Of a stretch of 64,000 nt of DNA, positions 39,777 through 50,449 are shown in pieces. The stretch comes from an uncultured Bacillota bacterium (lineage in GTDB: Bacteria; Bacillota; DTU025; MWDF01): assembly GCA_963823655.1 (NCBI GenBank), contig CAWGMK010000005.1, positions 25,439-89,438 of the forward strand, written 5' to 3'. Numbering within the stretch: the first letter of the stretch is position 1; the number at the start of each line of letters is the position of its first letter. The notes below the pieces were generated by a model, which saw nothing but the letters and a program-made list of their open reading frames with translations, searched no databases and was not told the origin of the DNA. A program made the position numbers and the translations under genes.

Positions 39777-41042
39777 GTGGGGATGATCGAAAAGAAACGC
39801 TTTGGAGCGGGCAGGGGAGAAGTCCTGGTCTATATGGGGCTTCTTGCGGCCTTTTTCCTCACCTACTTCTTCAGGGTATCGGCCTCTGTGGTGATGCCTA
39901 TGCTCACCTCTGAATGGGGCATGACCGCTACGATGACCGGGCTGCTCTCCTCCACATATTTCTACACTTATGCGCTTATGCAGCCGATCAGCGGTGCGCT
40001 AAACGACAGCTTCGGGCCGACCAGGGTAGTATCTGCTGGGCTGGTCGTAGCAGGTATTGGCGCACTTCTTACAGCTTTCGCAAAAGGTATATTCGTGCTT
40101 GGGTCGGGCCGCCTTCTTATGGGGCTGGGGCTTGCGCCCATGTTCTCCGGTGCGCTTGTCTTCCAGGGAGCTACTTTCGATCCTGCCAGGTATTCGACCT
40201 ATTCCGGGCTGGTGCTGTTCATTGGCAACCTGGGCGCCGTAAGCTCAGTCGTCCCTTTGGAGAATGCGCTTAACCGATGGGGAAGGGCCAGCGTATTCAC
40301 CGGCCTATTCCTGATTACCCTGCTGATCGCCGCCTTCCTGGTCATGGGCAGAGGCCACGATAGGATTGCGGTACGAGGGAAGGGCGGATACTCCTCGCTG
40401 GAAAATGCCATAAAGAGCCTGGGCCCCGCATTCAAAACGATATTCTCCTCCAGGGTGCTGACTGCGCTTACTTTCATCTGGTGTGCCTCGATGAGCGCGC
40501 TTATGTCATTGCAGGGGCTTTGGGCGGTTACATGGAGCAGGCTGATTTACGGGCTTGAAGGTGGCCTTGCAGGGCTCTGGGCGACTCTTATCGGAATTGG
40601 CGTAATGTCAGGAAGCCTGCTGGGCGCGTTCGTTCTCATGGACAAGAATAGGCGAAGGAAGGCGCTGGCGCTGCTGCAGGTTTTCATCGTAGCCCTGTGG
40701 GCGGCCCTTCTTGCGGGAATGTACTATGCGCTTGCCTTCTGGTTCACCGCAATGCTCTGCTTCCTAATCGGTGCGCTTACGGGATTCTTGTGGACGCACA
40801 TTACAACGGCGGTAAATGAGCTCTCCCCGAAAGGGCAGGGAGGGTCGGTGTTCGGGGCCGTGAATATGCTCATATTCGCCTCGATTATAGTTACACAATC
40901 GCTTACCGGGGTGATCATAACGAGGATTTCCGGCGGCGGGGGATACAGCTCGAAGGCCTTCCTTGGGGCTTTCGGCATGCTGGGACTAGTGCTGCTGCTC
41001 GGTTTGACCTGCATACCTGCGCTGTTAAGCGAAAAGCAATAG
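39777..41042 (+). CDS. MFS transporter
   Basis: About 12 TM segments, YALMQPISGALNDSFGPTR (motif A-like), GRLLMGLG. Confidence 0.88.
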   Translation: MGMIEKKRFGAGRGEVLVYMGLLAAFFLTYFFRVSASVVMPMLTSEWGMTATMTGLLSSTYFYTYALMQPISGALNDSFGPTRVVSAGLVVAGIGALLTAFAKGIFVLGSGRLLMGLGLAPMFSGALVFQGATFDPARYSTYSGLVLFIGNLGAVSSVVPLENALNRWGRASVFTGLFLITLLIAAFLVMGRGHDRIAVRGKGGYSSLENAIKSLGPAFKTIFSSRVLTALTFIWCASMSALMSLQGLWAVTWSRLIYGLEGGLAGLWATLIGIGVMSGSLLGAFVLMDKNRRRKALALLQVFIVALWAALLAGMYYALAFWFTAMLCFLIGALTGFLWTHITTAVNELSPKGQGGSVFGAVNMLIFASIIVTQSLTGVIITRISGGGGYSSKAFLGAFGMLGLVLLLGLTCIPALLSEKQ

Positions 41043-41172
41043 GAAAGCGTTGTGCAGAGATGATTTGCCGTCCTCATGCTAACCTTGATGCGACAAGAAC
41101 GTTATTATAGAGGGAAAGGCGATAAATTCGTAGAAGATATATATCAAGGATGATGGTTAAGGAGATGTTCGT

Positions 41173-41854
41173 ATGAAGCTTATGAGAGCGGCGAAGATCC
41201 TGTTTGTGATTGCACTGGCAGTCATGCTGGCCGGCTGTTTCGATGCCAGCTATTACTTCAATTTCGCAGATGAGCAGGCTACTTCCAATGCTGAAGGCGC
41301 ATGGCTCCTCGGAGGGGAAGGCGTTACCGGGTTCAATGATTTCGGCTTGTTCGATAGCGGAGTGTTCTTTACCGCCCCGTTGGAATTCGGAGGCGACTTC
41401 ACGGTCACCGCCAATTTCTGGCTTGGAGTTACCGCAGAGTATCCGGGCTATGTTGAAGTTCGCACTCTCGGACTTACCGTTCAACGGCGAGCCCGGCAAT
41501 TGGGTTGACATCGAATTCCTCGATTTGGCCACTGAAAATGAAACGCTGAGGATCACTGACAGCGACGGCACCGATGTCGCCACCCATGAGGACGTTTTGG
41601 GTGAGATAAAATCGCTCAACAAAACGCATTGGAACAGGATAGAGATAAAGAAGAAGGGCGACAGGATCACCCTTATACTGAACGGCAGAAGGCTATCGGT
41701 GTTCGACATCACTTATTGCTCGGCCGATTACTTCTGCATAAGCATGATAGCCGGTACCGATGCGGTTGTGGAACCTACTGAGCCGTCCCTTGGCTTTATA
41801 ATCAAGGACGTCAAGGTGGAATACATGGAAGGCCAGGCAATACCCCTCATATAG
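41173..41854 (+). CDS. Hypothetical lipoprotein (paralog of 18372-19034); frameshift at ~41457
   Basis: LAGC lipobox; YYFNF, APLEFGGDFTVT; second frame WNRIEIKKKGDRITLILNG, DYFC. Confidence 0.7.
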
Positions 41855-41875
41855 CATTCCCCGCACTAATAACTT

Positions 41876-41908
41876 GCCGGCCCTCTTTTGTTAGGGGGCC
41901 GGTTTTTT
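41876..41908 (+). terminator. Intrinsic terminator
   Basis: GCCGGCCCTCT...AGGGGGCCGGT followed by a T run. Confidence 0.75.
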
Positions 41909-41934
41909 ATGGCGAATTGTTCCGGATTTCACCA

Positions 41935-41947
41935 TTGGTAGGACCAA
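41935..41947. promoter_or_regulatory. FadR-subfamily operator TTGGT-AGG-ACCAA
   Basis: Perfect match to the LldR/PdhR/GlcC-type box; related copies at 42140-42150 (TTGTCATACCA) and 42929-42941. Confidence 0.7.
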
Positions 41948-42195
41948 GCAAGAAATTCTTCGACGGCCGTGCCGACATTTCTAAGACACAATTTTCCGCC
42001 TACTTTGCCATAATGTCCTATAGCTGTGGTAATGCCTGCATTATTGCACATAATCCCATGCTCGCCACATCCTAAGGGAAGTATGTGAAAAAAATATAAA
42101 TGTTTCGGAATCGCGAAATCTTGGGTATTATTTAGTTGATTGTCATACCATCATACAAAGCGGGCCGTAATGCTAACAAGGATTATGGTGAACTG

Positions 42196-42891
42196 ATGAG
42201 GATACAGCCGATAGAGCGCAGCACATTGCCGGACGCCATTATCGAGCGGATCAAAGGTATGATCATCGACGGGAATCTAAAGCCCGGCGACAAGCTCCCT
42301 CCCGAAAGGGACCTGGCAACCAGCATGCAAGTAGGAAGGGCCACCGTTAGGGAGGCTCTAAAGGCGCTCACTTCCATCGGGCTTCTGCAAAGGAGCACCG
42401 AGGGCACATATATTAAAGAGAAGATCGAATACTTCCAGCAGCCCCTCACTTACAGCCTTATAATGGACCACATCACCCTCAAGGAGCTAATCGAGGCCAG
42501 AAGGATTCTTGAAGTCAAGATCTCCGAGCTGGCGGCTCTTAGGGCCACCGATGAGGAAATCGCCGGCATCGCAGAGGCCGTAATGATACAGCAGATGCAT
42601 CCCAGCGACACGGATTACCTATTCTACGAAGCGGACTTGAAGTTCCATCTGACCCTGGCGGCAGCCGCGAAGAACAGGGTCCTCAGCGAAACCATGGTTT
42701 GTACCAGGCATCTATTGATCAAGGCGCAGCAGGCGGTGGGCAAACTGCCCGGCATGACCGATAAGGCCCTGGTAAGCCACTCGGCCCTTCTTGAAGCAAT
42801 CAAGGGCAAGGACGCCGAGAAAGCGAAAAGCGTAATGGAAGACCACATAAATGACGTGGAAGAAGGCTTCAGGAAGCTAAACCTGCTGTAG
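42196..42891 (+). CDS. GntR family, FadR subfamily regulator
   Basis: LKPGDKLPPERDLA...VGRATVREAL HTH; FCD domain EARRILE, D.KFH, N..L. Confidence 0.92.
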   Translation: MRIQPIERSTLPDAIIERIKGMIIDGNLKPGDKLPPERDLATSMQVGRATVREALKALTSIGLLQRSTEGTYIKEKIEYFQQPLTYSLIMDHITLKELIEARRILEVKISELAALRATDEEIAGIAEAVMIQQMHPSDTDYLFYEADLKFHLTLAAAAKNRVLSETMVCTRHLLIKAQQAVGKLPGMTDKALVSHSALLEAIKGKDAEKAKSVMEDHINDVEEGFRKLNLL

Positions 42892-42928
42892 GTTAGCCAC
42901 CGGCCTTCTTGTTTATTTGGACCAAGCG

Positions 42929-42941
42929 TTGGTAGGACAAT
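42929..42941. promoter_or_regulatory. FadR-type operator upstream of the catabolic operon
   Basis: TTGGTAGGACAAT, near-identical to the 41935 site. Confidence 0.6.
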
Positions 42942-43094
42942 GCGACCATTGGGAAATTATTCACTAATGAATGGCCGCATTTGACCTACGAGCACAACGG
43001 GCCGTTCGAACGAAATACGACACAAGAGCATCCTGAAATCCGCAAAGCAAGAGAGCGAGCATCGAATATTCCATCATGTTAGGAGGAGTATCAA

Positions 43095-44063
43095 ATGAGC
43101 GGGGTTAAGAAAGTACTCGTTACAGACCACGTATTCCCCAACCTCGAACCGGAGAAGGCCATCATCGGAGCCGCCGGCGGTGAAGTCATATTCGCCGGAA
43201 AAGACGCCGACGCGGCCACGATCCTGGAGCTGGCGAAAGACGCCGACGCCATCCTCAACTGCTACAAGAAGATACCCGCGGAGCTTTACTCGACGGCAAC
43301 AAAGTGCAAGCTGATAGTAAGGTACGGCATCGGCACCGACACGATCGACATTCCCGAGGCCACGAAGTACAAGATCGCGGTAAGCAATATGCCCGACTAC
43401 TGCATAGACGAAGTCTCCGACCACGCCATGACCCACATCCTCAGCAGCATAAGGAAGATCACCACCGCCAACAAGCTCATAAAGGGCGGCACCTGGAGCC
43501 TCGGACCCCTCAAGCCGATAAGAAGGCTTAAGACCCTCACCCTCGGCCTGCACGGCTTCGGCCGCATCCCCAGGATGGTTGCCGAAAAGGCCAAGGCATT
43601 CGGCTTCAAGATCATCGCCTGCGACCCGTACATCAACAAGGAATTGGCCGACAAGATGGGAGTCCAGTCGGTGAGCTTCGATGAGCTTTGCGCGATGTCC
43701 GACGTCATATCCATCCATGCTCCCCTTACGAAGGAGACCAATGAGATATTCAACAGCGCGGCCTTCGCCAAGATGAAGGACGGCGTAGTCATAGTCAACA
43801 CCGCAAGAGGCGGCCTGATAAAGGAAGCCGACCTGGTAGAGGCCCTCAAGTCCGGCAAGGTGGGCGCCGCCGGCATCGACGTGACCAACCCCGAGCCTCC
43901 GGCGAAGGACAATCCGCTCTTCGCGTTCGACAATGTAACCCTTACACCGCACGAAGCCTGGTACAGCGAGGAAGCCCTAGTGGAGCTCCAGGACAAGGCA
44001 GCCGGCGAAATCGTCCGCTCGCTCAAGGGAGAGCCGCTGAAGTACCAGCTAAATAAGTTCTAG
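43095..44063 (+). CDS. D-isomer 2-hydroxyacid dehydrogenase (CtBP-like subfamily)
   Basis: RYGIGTD, PDYC.DEVSDH, GFGRI, NTARG, DV...EP, TPHEAWYSEE. Confidence 0.9.
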   Translation: MSGVKKVLVTDHVFPNLEPEKAIIGAAGGEVIFAGKDADAATILELAKDADAILNCYKKIPAELYSTATKCKLIVRYGIGTDTIDIPEATKYKIAVSNMPDYCIDEVSDHAMTHILSSIRKITTANKLIKGGTWSLGPLKPIRRLKTLTLGLHGFGRIPRMVAEKAKAFGFKIIACDPYINKELADKMGVQSVSFDELCAMSDVISIHAPLTKETNEIFNSAAFAKMKDGVVIVNTARGGLIKEADLVEALKSGKVGAAGIDVTNPEPPAKDNPLFAFDNVTLTPHEAWYSEEALVELQDKAAGEIVRSLKGEPLKYQLNKF

Positions 44064-44074
44064 GAAGGGCAAAG

Positions 44075-45283
44075 ATGTACAAAACCGCCTGGAAGATAGC
44101 GCCCAGGGAGTATCCCGGGGTGAAGAACATAGGAGAGGCCGTCAAGGAGGCGCTCAAAAAGCCCTTCGGCACGGCTTTGTCCGAACTGGTCAAGCCCGGC
44201 GACAAAGTTGCGATCGCCGTGGATGACCTGACCAGGCCCACGCCCCAGTCGGAGCTGCTTCCCGTCGTTGTGGACGAGCTGGCAAAACTCGGCATCAAAG
44301 AGAAGGACATCACTGTCATCATCGGCCTTGGCGCGCACAGGCGCATGAGCCCGGCCGAGATAGATGCCCGTTTCGGCTCTGTTGCAAAGAGGGTCGGCGC
44401 CGTTGTAAACCACGACACTGACGACTGCGTAGTCATAGGCAAGACCTCCACCGGCGGCGAGATAGCGGTGAACAGGCTCTTCTGGGAGTCCGATGCCAAA
44501 ATCGCAGTCGGCTGCATCCTCCCCCACATTTATGCGGGATGGAGCGGCGGGGCGAAGATGATACAGCCCGGCATATCCAGCGTAAAGACCACAACGCATG
44601 TGCACAGGATCGCCAATCTGCACCTGTACGACATACTCGGCAACACCGAGAACCTGGTAAGGACCGAGATGGAACAGATAGCCGCAGTTGCCGGTCTTAA
44701 ATTCATAGTGAATGTCGTGCTAAACGACAGGAACGAAGTAATATCGGTAGTCGCGGGGGACACGGTGCTTGCCCACAGGGCAGGCGTCAAAGAGGCCGAG
44801 AAGATATATGGCTGGAACGGCCTTAAACCCGTGGACGTGGCAATAGCCTATGCACCCGGAGTCGCAACCGACCTCTGGCAGAGCGCAAAAAGCCTCACAG
44901 TAGGCGCTATGGCAATAAAGCAGGGCGGAACTGTGATACTAGTCGCTGCCTGCCCGGAGGGGATCGCGCCGGGACATCCGATAATCAAGAGCCTTGGCAC
45001 CGTCTCTTTCGATGAGGCCCTGCACAGGGTGGACAATGGGCTACTAGATGACACGGTGGGCGCGCTCGTCTACATGACGGTCGCCAAATGCCGTGAAAAG
45101 GGCAGGATAATACTGGTTTCTTCCGGCATTTCCAAGGAAGACGCGACCTGCCTGGGATTGGAGTCAGCAGCCGATGTGGACGAGGCGATGAGGATGGCCC
45201 TTGGCCATGCAAACGCCGAAGCCGAGGTCGGCATTATAGAGTGTGCTGGTGAACTGTCTATTTCAATTAAGGAGGAACTGTAA
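44075..45283 (+). CDS. Nickel-pincer-dependent LarA family hydroxyacid racemase/epimerase
   Basis: DDLTRP, GLGAH, NHD, PHIYAGWSGGAKMIQPG, H200-like TTHVH, DLWQSAK, CPEG. Confidence 0.88.
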   Translation: MYKTAWKIAPREYPGVKNIGEAVKEALKKPFGTALSELVKPGDKVAIAVDDLTRPTPQSELLPVVVDELAKLGIKEKDITVIIGLGAHRRMSPAEIDARFGSVAKRVGAVVNHDTDDCVVIGKTSTGGEIAVNRLFWESDAKIAVGCILPHIYAGWSGGAKMIQPGISSVKTTTHVHRIANLHLYDILGNTENLVRTEMEQIAAVAGLKFIVNVVLNDRNEVISVVAGDTVLAHRAGVKEAEKIYGWNGLKPVDVAIAYAPGVATDLWQSAKSLTVGAMAIKQGGTVILVAACPEGIAPGHPIIKSLGTVSFDEALHRVDNGLLDDTVGALVYMTVAKCREKGRIILVSSGISKEDATCLGLESAADVDEAMRMALGHANAEAEVGIIECAGELSISIKEEL

Positions 45284-46534
45284 ATGAGCGAGTGGAAAAA
45301 AGAGGAACTTAACGGCAAGCCTTGGTTCGACAACGAGAAATTCTGGGGATCCCCGCACAACTACTCCCCGAGCATCACGAAGCTGCTTCCGAAGAGCATC
45401 TATATCCATGATGTAACTCTTCGCGACGGCGAACAGACCCCAGGCGTAGCATTCAAGGCCGACGAGAGGATCATCATCGCCGAAGCCCTTAGCGAATTGG
45501 GAGTGGCGAGGATCGAAGCCGGCATGCCCATAGTCTCCAAGGACATCGCCAACGGAATCAAGAAGCTCGTCAACATGAACCTCAAGTCCCAGGTCGTTGC
45601 CTTCGCAAGGGCCCACAAGGACGACATCAACGCCTCCCTCGACTGCGGCGTAAAGGCGATCGTTGTTGAGCATACAGTTAACCCCTACCTTTGCAGATGG
45701 GGCTATGACCTCACCGAGGACAAGGTAATCGAGAGGCTCATTTCGAGCGTACAGATGGCCAAGGAGAACGGCCTGCACACCACGTTCATGGGCTGGGACT
45801 TCTTCAGAGCCCCGCTCGAATTCTCCAAGAAGATCTACACCGAAGTCGTAAAGCATGCCCATCCCGACGCGCTCACCCTCGTCGACACCCTCGGCGTCGC
45901 GACCCCTGCGGCAGTACAGGAGACCTTCGTCGAGTTCAGGAAGATGTTCCCCGACATGACCCTCGAGTTCCACGTGCATAACGACTACGGCATGGCAGTA
46001 GGCGCAGTGCTCGCAGCAGTAATGGGCGGAGCCAACGGCATCCACACCGCCATGAACGGCATAGGCGAGAGGACCGGCAACGTCGCGACCGAGGAAGTCT
46101 GCATGGCGCTTGAAATGCTCTGGGGCATCAAGACCGGCATTGACACCACGAAGATAATGTACGTCAGCAAGATAGTAGAGGAGATCTCCAAGTTCAAGCT
46201 CGCCAAGAACAAGCCCATCGTCGGCGAGCACCTCTTCGACATCGAGAGCGGCGTCGTCACCCACATCGTCAACGAGATGAACAAGCAGGGCTTCAAGCCC
46301 GTTATGACCCCGTTCACCCCCGAGATGGTAAACCAGAAGCCCGTACGTTTCGTCCTGGGCAAGGGATCCGGAAAGGTCACAATCCTGCAGCATCTGGACA
46401 AGCTCGGCATCAAGTGCACAGATGAGCAGGCTGACGAGATAACCGAAGAGATCAAGGCTTACGGAAGAACCATGAAGGCAGTACTCAGCGATGACGACCT
46501 CGTAAGGATATCCAAGCGCGTATTGGCCAAGTAA
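45284..46534 (+). CDS. DRE-TIM metallolyase, LeuA/homocitrate/citramalate synthase-like, without regulatory domain
   Basis: DVTLRDGEQTPG, FHVHNDYGMA, GIGERTGN, KPIVG...F..ESG, LGKGSG; 416 aa. Confidence 0.85.
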   Translation: MSEWKKEELNGKPWFDNEKFWGSPHNYSPSITKLLPKSIYIHDVTLRDGEQTPGVAFKADERIIIAEALSELGVARIEAGMPIVSKDIANGIKKLVNMNLKSQVVAFARAHKDDINASLDCGVKAIVVEHTVNPYLCRWGYDLTEDKVIERLISSVQMAKENGLHTTFMGWDFFRAPLEFSKKIYTEVVKHAHPDALTLVDTLGVATPAAVQETFVEFRKMFPDMTLEFHVHNDYGMAVGAVLAAVMGGANGIHTAMNGIGERTGNVATEEVCMALEMLWGIKTGIDTTKIMYVSKIVEEISKFKLAKNKPIVGEHLFDIESGVVTHIVNEMNKQGFKPVMTPFTPEMVNQKPVRFVLGKGSGKVTILQHLDKLGIKCTDEQADEITEEIKAYGRTMKAVLSDDDLVRISKRVLAK

Positions 46535-46600
46535 GGGCCAAAAAATAAGAGCACAAGGCAAATCAATGTCCTAGCAAAATAAGAAAGGAGTCCTAAAAGA

Positions 46601-47740
46601 ATGAAGCTAACCAGAGTTCTAGTTGCATTCTCGATCCTGGCGCTAGTGATGGTAGCGACAGTAGGAGCAGCAGCTCCGAAGACCTACAAAATCGCCCATC
46701 TATCGCCGCTGACCGGCTCCGCATCATCGTATGGTTATTACATGGTAAACGCCGCCAAGATGGCCGTTGAAGAAATCAACGCCAAGGGCGGAGTCAACGG
46801 CGTCCTGCTCGAGTACATGGAAATCGACGAGACTTCCAACTCGGCCCAGGCCATTGACGCAGCATACAAGGCAGTCGCATGGGATCCGCTAGTAATCCTC
46901 GGCCCCAACCGCTCCGGTGGCGTACTTGCCGCCGAGTTCGTATGGAAAGAAGCCAAGATCCCCACAATAACCGACGGAACAAGCGCAGAGACCACCAGGA
47001 AGGGCAACCCTTACACATTCAGAATGCAGATCTCCTCCGAGTTCTGGATTCCGCTACTCGTCCGCACAGCCGTTGAAGTATACAAGTCGAAGAAGATCGC
47101 CGTTATGTACGGCCTCAACGACTACTCCAAGGCCAACTGGGTAGCCACCGAGCCCGCGATGAAGAAGTACGGCATCACCCCCGTAACAGTACAGACGTTC
47201 AACGACGGCGACCAGGACTTCACAGCCCAGCTGCTGAAGGTCAAGGCCTCCGGCGCCGACGCCCTCTTCGTATACTCCTACACACCGGAAGTCGGCATGA
47301 TCCTCAAGCAGAGGGCCGAGCTCGGTATGCCCAACCTTCTCGTGTTCTCTGAGCGCGCGGCAAGCGTCCCCTCAGTCGAGGACCTTTCCGGCACCAAGAA
47401 CTACGAGGGCCTCGTCTGCACAACCACCCTGTCCCCTGGCGACCCGAGGCCGGGCGTGCAGAAGTTCATAAAGGACTACGAAGCCAAGTACAAGCACATC
47501 GTATCCTCGACCCACATCAACCACTATGACTCCGTATACATCGTGGCCGACATCCTCAAGAGGGTCGGTCCCGACCGCGAGAAGATCAGACAGGAACTCG
47601 CCAAGCTTGATTACGTAGGAGTACTCGGTCACTATGTGGCCGACAAGGAAGGCAACTTCGTACACACCATGTACACCCAGGTCCGCGAGAACGGCAAGTG
47701 GAAGCTTCTGCTGACCGAGGAGTATCCGGTAATAAGGTAG
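46601..47740 (+). CDS. HAAT (Liv-type) ABC transporter substrate-binding protein
   Basis: Signal peptide, PLTG, AVEEINAKGGVNG, DQDFTAQLLK. Confidence 0.9.
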   Translation: MKLTRVLVAFSILALVMVATVGAAAPKTYKIAHLSPLTGSASSYGYYMVNAAKMAVEEINAKGGVNGVLLEYMEIDETSNSAQAIDAAYKAVAWDPLVILGPNRSGGVLAAEFVWKEAKIPTITDGTSAETTRKGNPYTFRMQISSEFWIPLLVRTAVEVYKSKKIAVMYGLNDYSKANWVATEPAMKKYGITPVTVQTFNDGDQDFTAQLLKVKASGADALFVYSYTPEVGMILKQRAELGMPNLLVFSERAASVPSVEDLSGTKNYEGLVCTTTLSPGDPRPGVQKFIKDYEAKYKHIVSSTHINHYDSVYIVADILKRVGPDREKIRQELAKLDYVGVLGHYVADKEGNFVHTMYTQVRENGKWKLLLTEEYPVIR

Positions 47741-47754
47741 TCTAGACACAGTCG

Positions 47755-47778
47755 CCCGGCGCGGGTAACCGCGCCGGG
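47755..47778 (+). terminator. Perfect stem-loop after the SBP gene (mRNA stabiliser)
   Basis: CCCGGCGCGG-GTAA-CCGCGCCGGG with a GNRA loop. Confidence 0.55.
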
Positions 47779-47810
47779 TAACCTTGCTTATCGTAAGGAG
47801 GCTATAGCCC

Positions 47811-48698
47811 TTGAACCTCACAACTTTGATTCAATTGGTTATCAACGGACTGGCCATGGGCCTTCTCTATGCGCTTCCCGCGCTGGGCATCTCCCTTATC
47901 TGGAACGCTTCCGGGCTTTTCAACTTCGCGCAGGGGGATTTGCTCACTTTCGGGGCATACATCATGCTATCGCTCTTCAGCAAAGTGGGCCTGCCTTACG
48001 TAGTATCGTTTTTGCTCACATTCCTGATTATGGGCTCGATAGGCTACATACTCAGCTCGATTTACTTCTACCCGATGTTCAGGGCCAGGATCAACCCCCA
48101 GATCATCCTCATCGGTACGGTCGCTCTGTCCGTATTCATAAGGAACGCGATCCTTCTCATCTGGGGCCCCCAGGCTCAGTCCTACCAGAACCCGTTCGGC
48201 TCGTCCGCCATCCAGTTCGGCGAAATATATGTTATGCCGCACATATTCGGCATATTCATAATAGTCGCCCTGTTGCTTGGCGCTTTGCAGTTGTTCCTTA
48301 GAGGCACGATCACCGGCATCGGCATGAGGGCCGTTGCTCAAAGGCCCGTAGCCTCGTCCCTTATGGGGATCAAGAACAACAGGATGGTAGCCCTCACATT
48401 CTTCATGTCGACCGGCATAGCTGCCGTGTCAGGCATACTGATCGCACCCATACTTCCCCTGACCCCCGAGACCGGCGGCATGATAGCGATCAAAGCTTTC
48501 GCCGCGGTCCTGATAGGAGGCCTCGGAAGCTTCTCGGGCGCGCTCGTGGGAGGCATAGCCGTGGGCATTACAGAGATGGTTTTCGCCACCTTGCTGGCTC
48601 CGACCTACAAGGACGTCTTCATATTCATAGTCCTTGCGATATTCCTGGTATTAAGGCCCGGCGGCATATTCAGGGCCCAGATATCAGAGAAAGTGTAG
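47811..48698 (+). CDS. HAAT ABC permease (LivH-like)
   Basis: NGLAMG..YAL.ALG, NFAQG, GIGMRAVAQ, KAFAAVLIGGLGS. Confidence 0.9.
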   Translation: MNLTTLIQLVINGLAMGLLYALPALGISLIWNASGLFNFAQGDLLTFGAYIMLSLFSKVGLPYVVSFLLTFLIMGSIGYILSSIYFYPMFRARINPQIILIGTVALSVFIRNAILLIWGPQAQSYQNPFGSSAIQFGEIYVMPHIFGIFIIVALLLGALQLFLRGTITGIGMRAVAQRPVASSLMGIKNNRMVALTFFMSTGIAAVSGILIAPILPLTPETGGMIAIKAFAAVLIGGLGSFSGALVGGIAVGITEMVFATLLAPTYKDVFIFIVLAIFLVLRPGGIFRAQISEKV

Positions 48699-48708
48699 GA
48701 GGGGTCAC

Positions 48709-49662
48709 ATGCGTGCAGTGTTAAAGTTTTTGAAGGACAAAGCATTCTACGCCCTGGCGCTGTTACTTGTGATCGCGCCCTATGTGCTGCAGCGCTATCA
48801 GTTCTACATCCTGCAGCGCGGCGTACAGAACTCCATCCATGTGCTGGGGCTTGTCATACTGGTCGGCTTCACGGGCCTTCTGTCATTGGGCCACGCGGGC
48901 TTCGTGGCGCTGGGCGCCTACGCCTACGGCATAGCGATGGTCAAGTTGGGCCTTCCCGTATGGGTCGCCCTAATAATCGCACCGCTCTTCTCGATGCTAA
49001 TAAGCATGCTGCTGGCCTATCCTTCCTTCAAGCTCTCAGGCCCGTTCCTCGTGGTTATCACGATAGCCTTCGGCGAGATAGTGAGGATATTGATACTGAA
49101 CCTGCAGGGCATCACGGGAGGCCCGTACGGGCTCACTGGGTACAAAGTGCTATTTACAAACGGCAAGGTGCTCTACTATGTGATGCTGGCCACGCTCTTC
49201 CTGCTTGCCATATTCGTAAGAAGGCTGGGCAACTCCAGGATCGGCCTTGCCTTCAAGGCGATCAAGGAGGACGAGATCGCGGCTGACGTCATGGGCGTAA
49301 ACGTAAGGAAGCACAAGCTCATGGCATTCATGCTCAGCTCGGCGCTTGCAGGCCTCTCAGGCGTGTTCATGGCGAGCCTGACAAGGTACATCAACCCCGA
49401 CTCTTTCACATTCGCCGAAAGCTCGACCTACCTGCTGATGGTGGTCATGGGCGGAATGCAGAATGTGTTCGGCGCGATAACCTCTACCATCGTCATCACG
49501 GCGCTTCCCGAGGTGTTGAGGTTCCTTGCGCGCAGCAGGCTGCTCATATACTCCCTTACGCTGCTGGTATATCTCAGGATGTACGGCAACAAGGGCGGGC
49601 TTCTGCAGATGTTAGGCATAAAGCCCAAGAAGGCAAATCCAAATACAGGGTCGAGGAGCTGA
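48709..49662 (+). CDS. HAAT ABC permease (LivM-like)
   Basis: GFTGLLSLGHAGF, ITIAFGEI, SRIGLAFKAIKEDE, VVMGG. Confidence 0.9.
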   Translation: MRAVLKFLKDKAFYALALLLVIAPYVLQRYQFYILQRGVQNSIHVLGLVILVGFTGLLSLGHAGFVALGAYAYGIAMVKLGLPVWVALIIAPLFSMLISMLLAYPSFKLSGPFLVVITIAFGEIVRILILNLQGITGGPYGLTGYKVLFTNGKVLYYVMLATLFLLAIFVRRLGNSRIGLAFKAIKEDEIAADVMGVNVRKHKLMAFMLSSALAGLSGVFMASLTRYINPDSFTFAESSTYLLMVVMGGMQNVFGAITSTIVITALPEVLRFLARSRLLIYSLTLLVYLRMYGNKGGLLQMLGIKPKKANPNTGSRS

Positions 49663-49666
49663 GACT

Positions 49667-50449
49667 ATGGAACTACTAAGAACTGAGGGCATAGTCAGGA
49701 AGTTCGGCGGCCTTGTGGCCGTGAGCGAGCTTTGCGTTAGCGTCAATGAGGGTGAGATCGTAGCCCTGATAGGTCCCAACGGCTCGGGCAAGACCACCGC
49801 CCTGAACCTCATCACGGGCATCTACTCCTGCGACGAGGGAAAGATACTTCTAAAAGGCGAGGAGATCCAAAGCGCCGCCCCTTATGCCATAACGCAGAAG
49901 GGCATAGCCAGGACCTTCCAGAACATAAGGATACTCGAAACCCTTTCAGTCTTCGACAACGCGAGGCTTGGCACCATATTCTCCACCAAGTCCAACCTTC
50001 TGGACATCGCCCTCGAAACTCCGAGGTTTAAGAAGGAGAAGAAGACGGTAACCGAGGAGGTTAACAAGGTCCTTGAATTCGTGGGCCTTCTGGACCAGGC
50101 GGACGAGATAGCTGCGAACCTGCCCTACGGCAAGAAGAGAGCGCTTGAGATTGCAAGGGCGCTTGTAACGAAGCCCAGCCTGCTCCTATTGGACGAGCCC
50201 GCGGCCGGCCTGAACACGCAGGAAGTCTACAACCTCATGGAGCTCATCAAGAAGATAAGAGGCCTTGGCGTAACGATATTCCTGGTAGAGCACAGGATGG
50301 AGCTCGTCGGCGGCCTTGCTGACAGGGTCTATGTGCTCAACTACGGCAAGAAGATATGCGAGGGCCCGTTCTGCGACATCAAGGAGGACAGCTCCGTCAT
50401 CGAGGCGTATCTTGGCAAGAGGAGGCAGGTCGATGCTAAAGGTAGATAA
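49667..50449 (+). CDS. HAAT ABC ATP-binding protein (LivG-like)
   Basis: FGGLVAV, GPNGSGKT, RTFQN, LPYG, LLDEPAAG. Confidence 0.92.
   Translation: MELLRTEGIVRKFGGLVAVSELCVSVNEGEIVALIGPNGSGKTTALNLITGIYSCDEGKILLKGEEIQSAAPYAITQKGIARTFQNIRILETLSVFDNARLGTIFSTKSNLLDIALETPRFKKEKKTVTEEVNKVLEFVGLLDQADEIAANLPYGKKRALEIARALVTKPSLLLLDEPAAGLNTQEVYNLMELIKKIRGLGVTIFLVEHRMELVGGLADRVYVLNYGKKICEGPFCDIKEDSSVIEAYLGKRRQVDAKGR

Noticed and set aside
45284-46534. leuA or nifV
   Set aside because: No regulatory domain and no leuBCD or nif genes; embedded in a catabolic operon.
43074-46561. Long antisense ORFs (e.g. 45263-46561 and 43074-43952 on the minus strand)
   Set aside because: Shadow ORFs of strongly codon-biased sense genes; no motifs or RBS.
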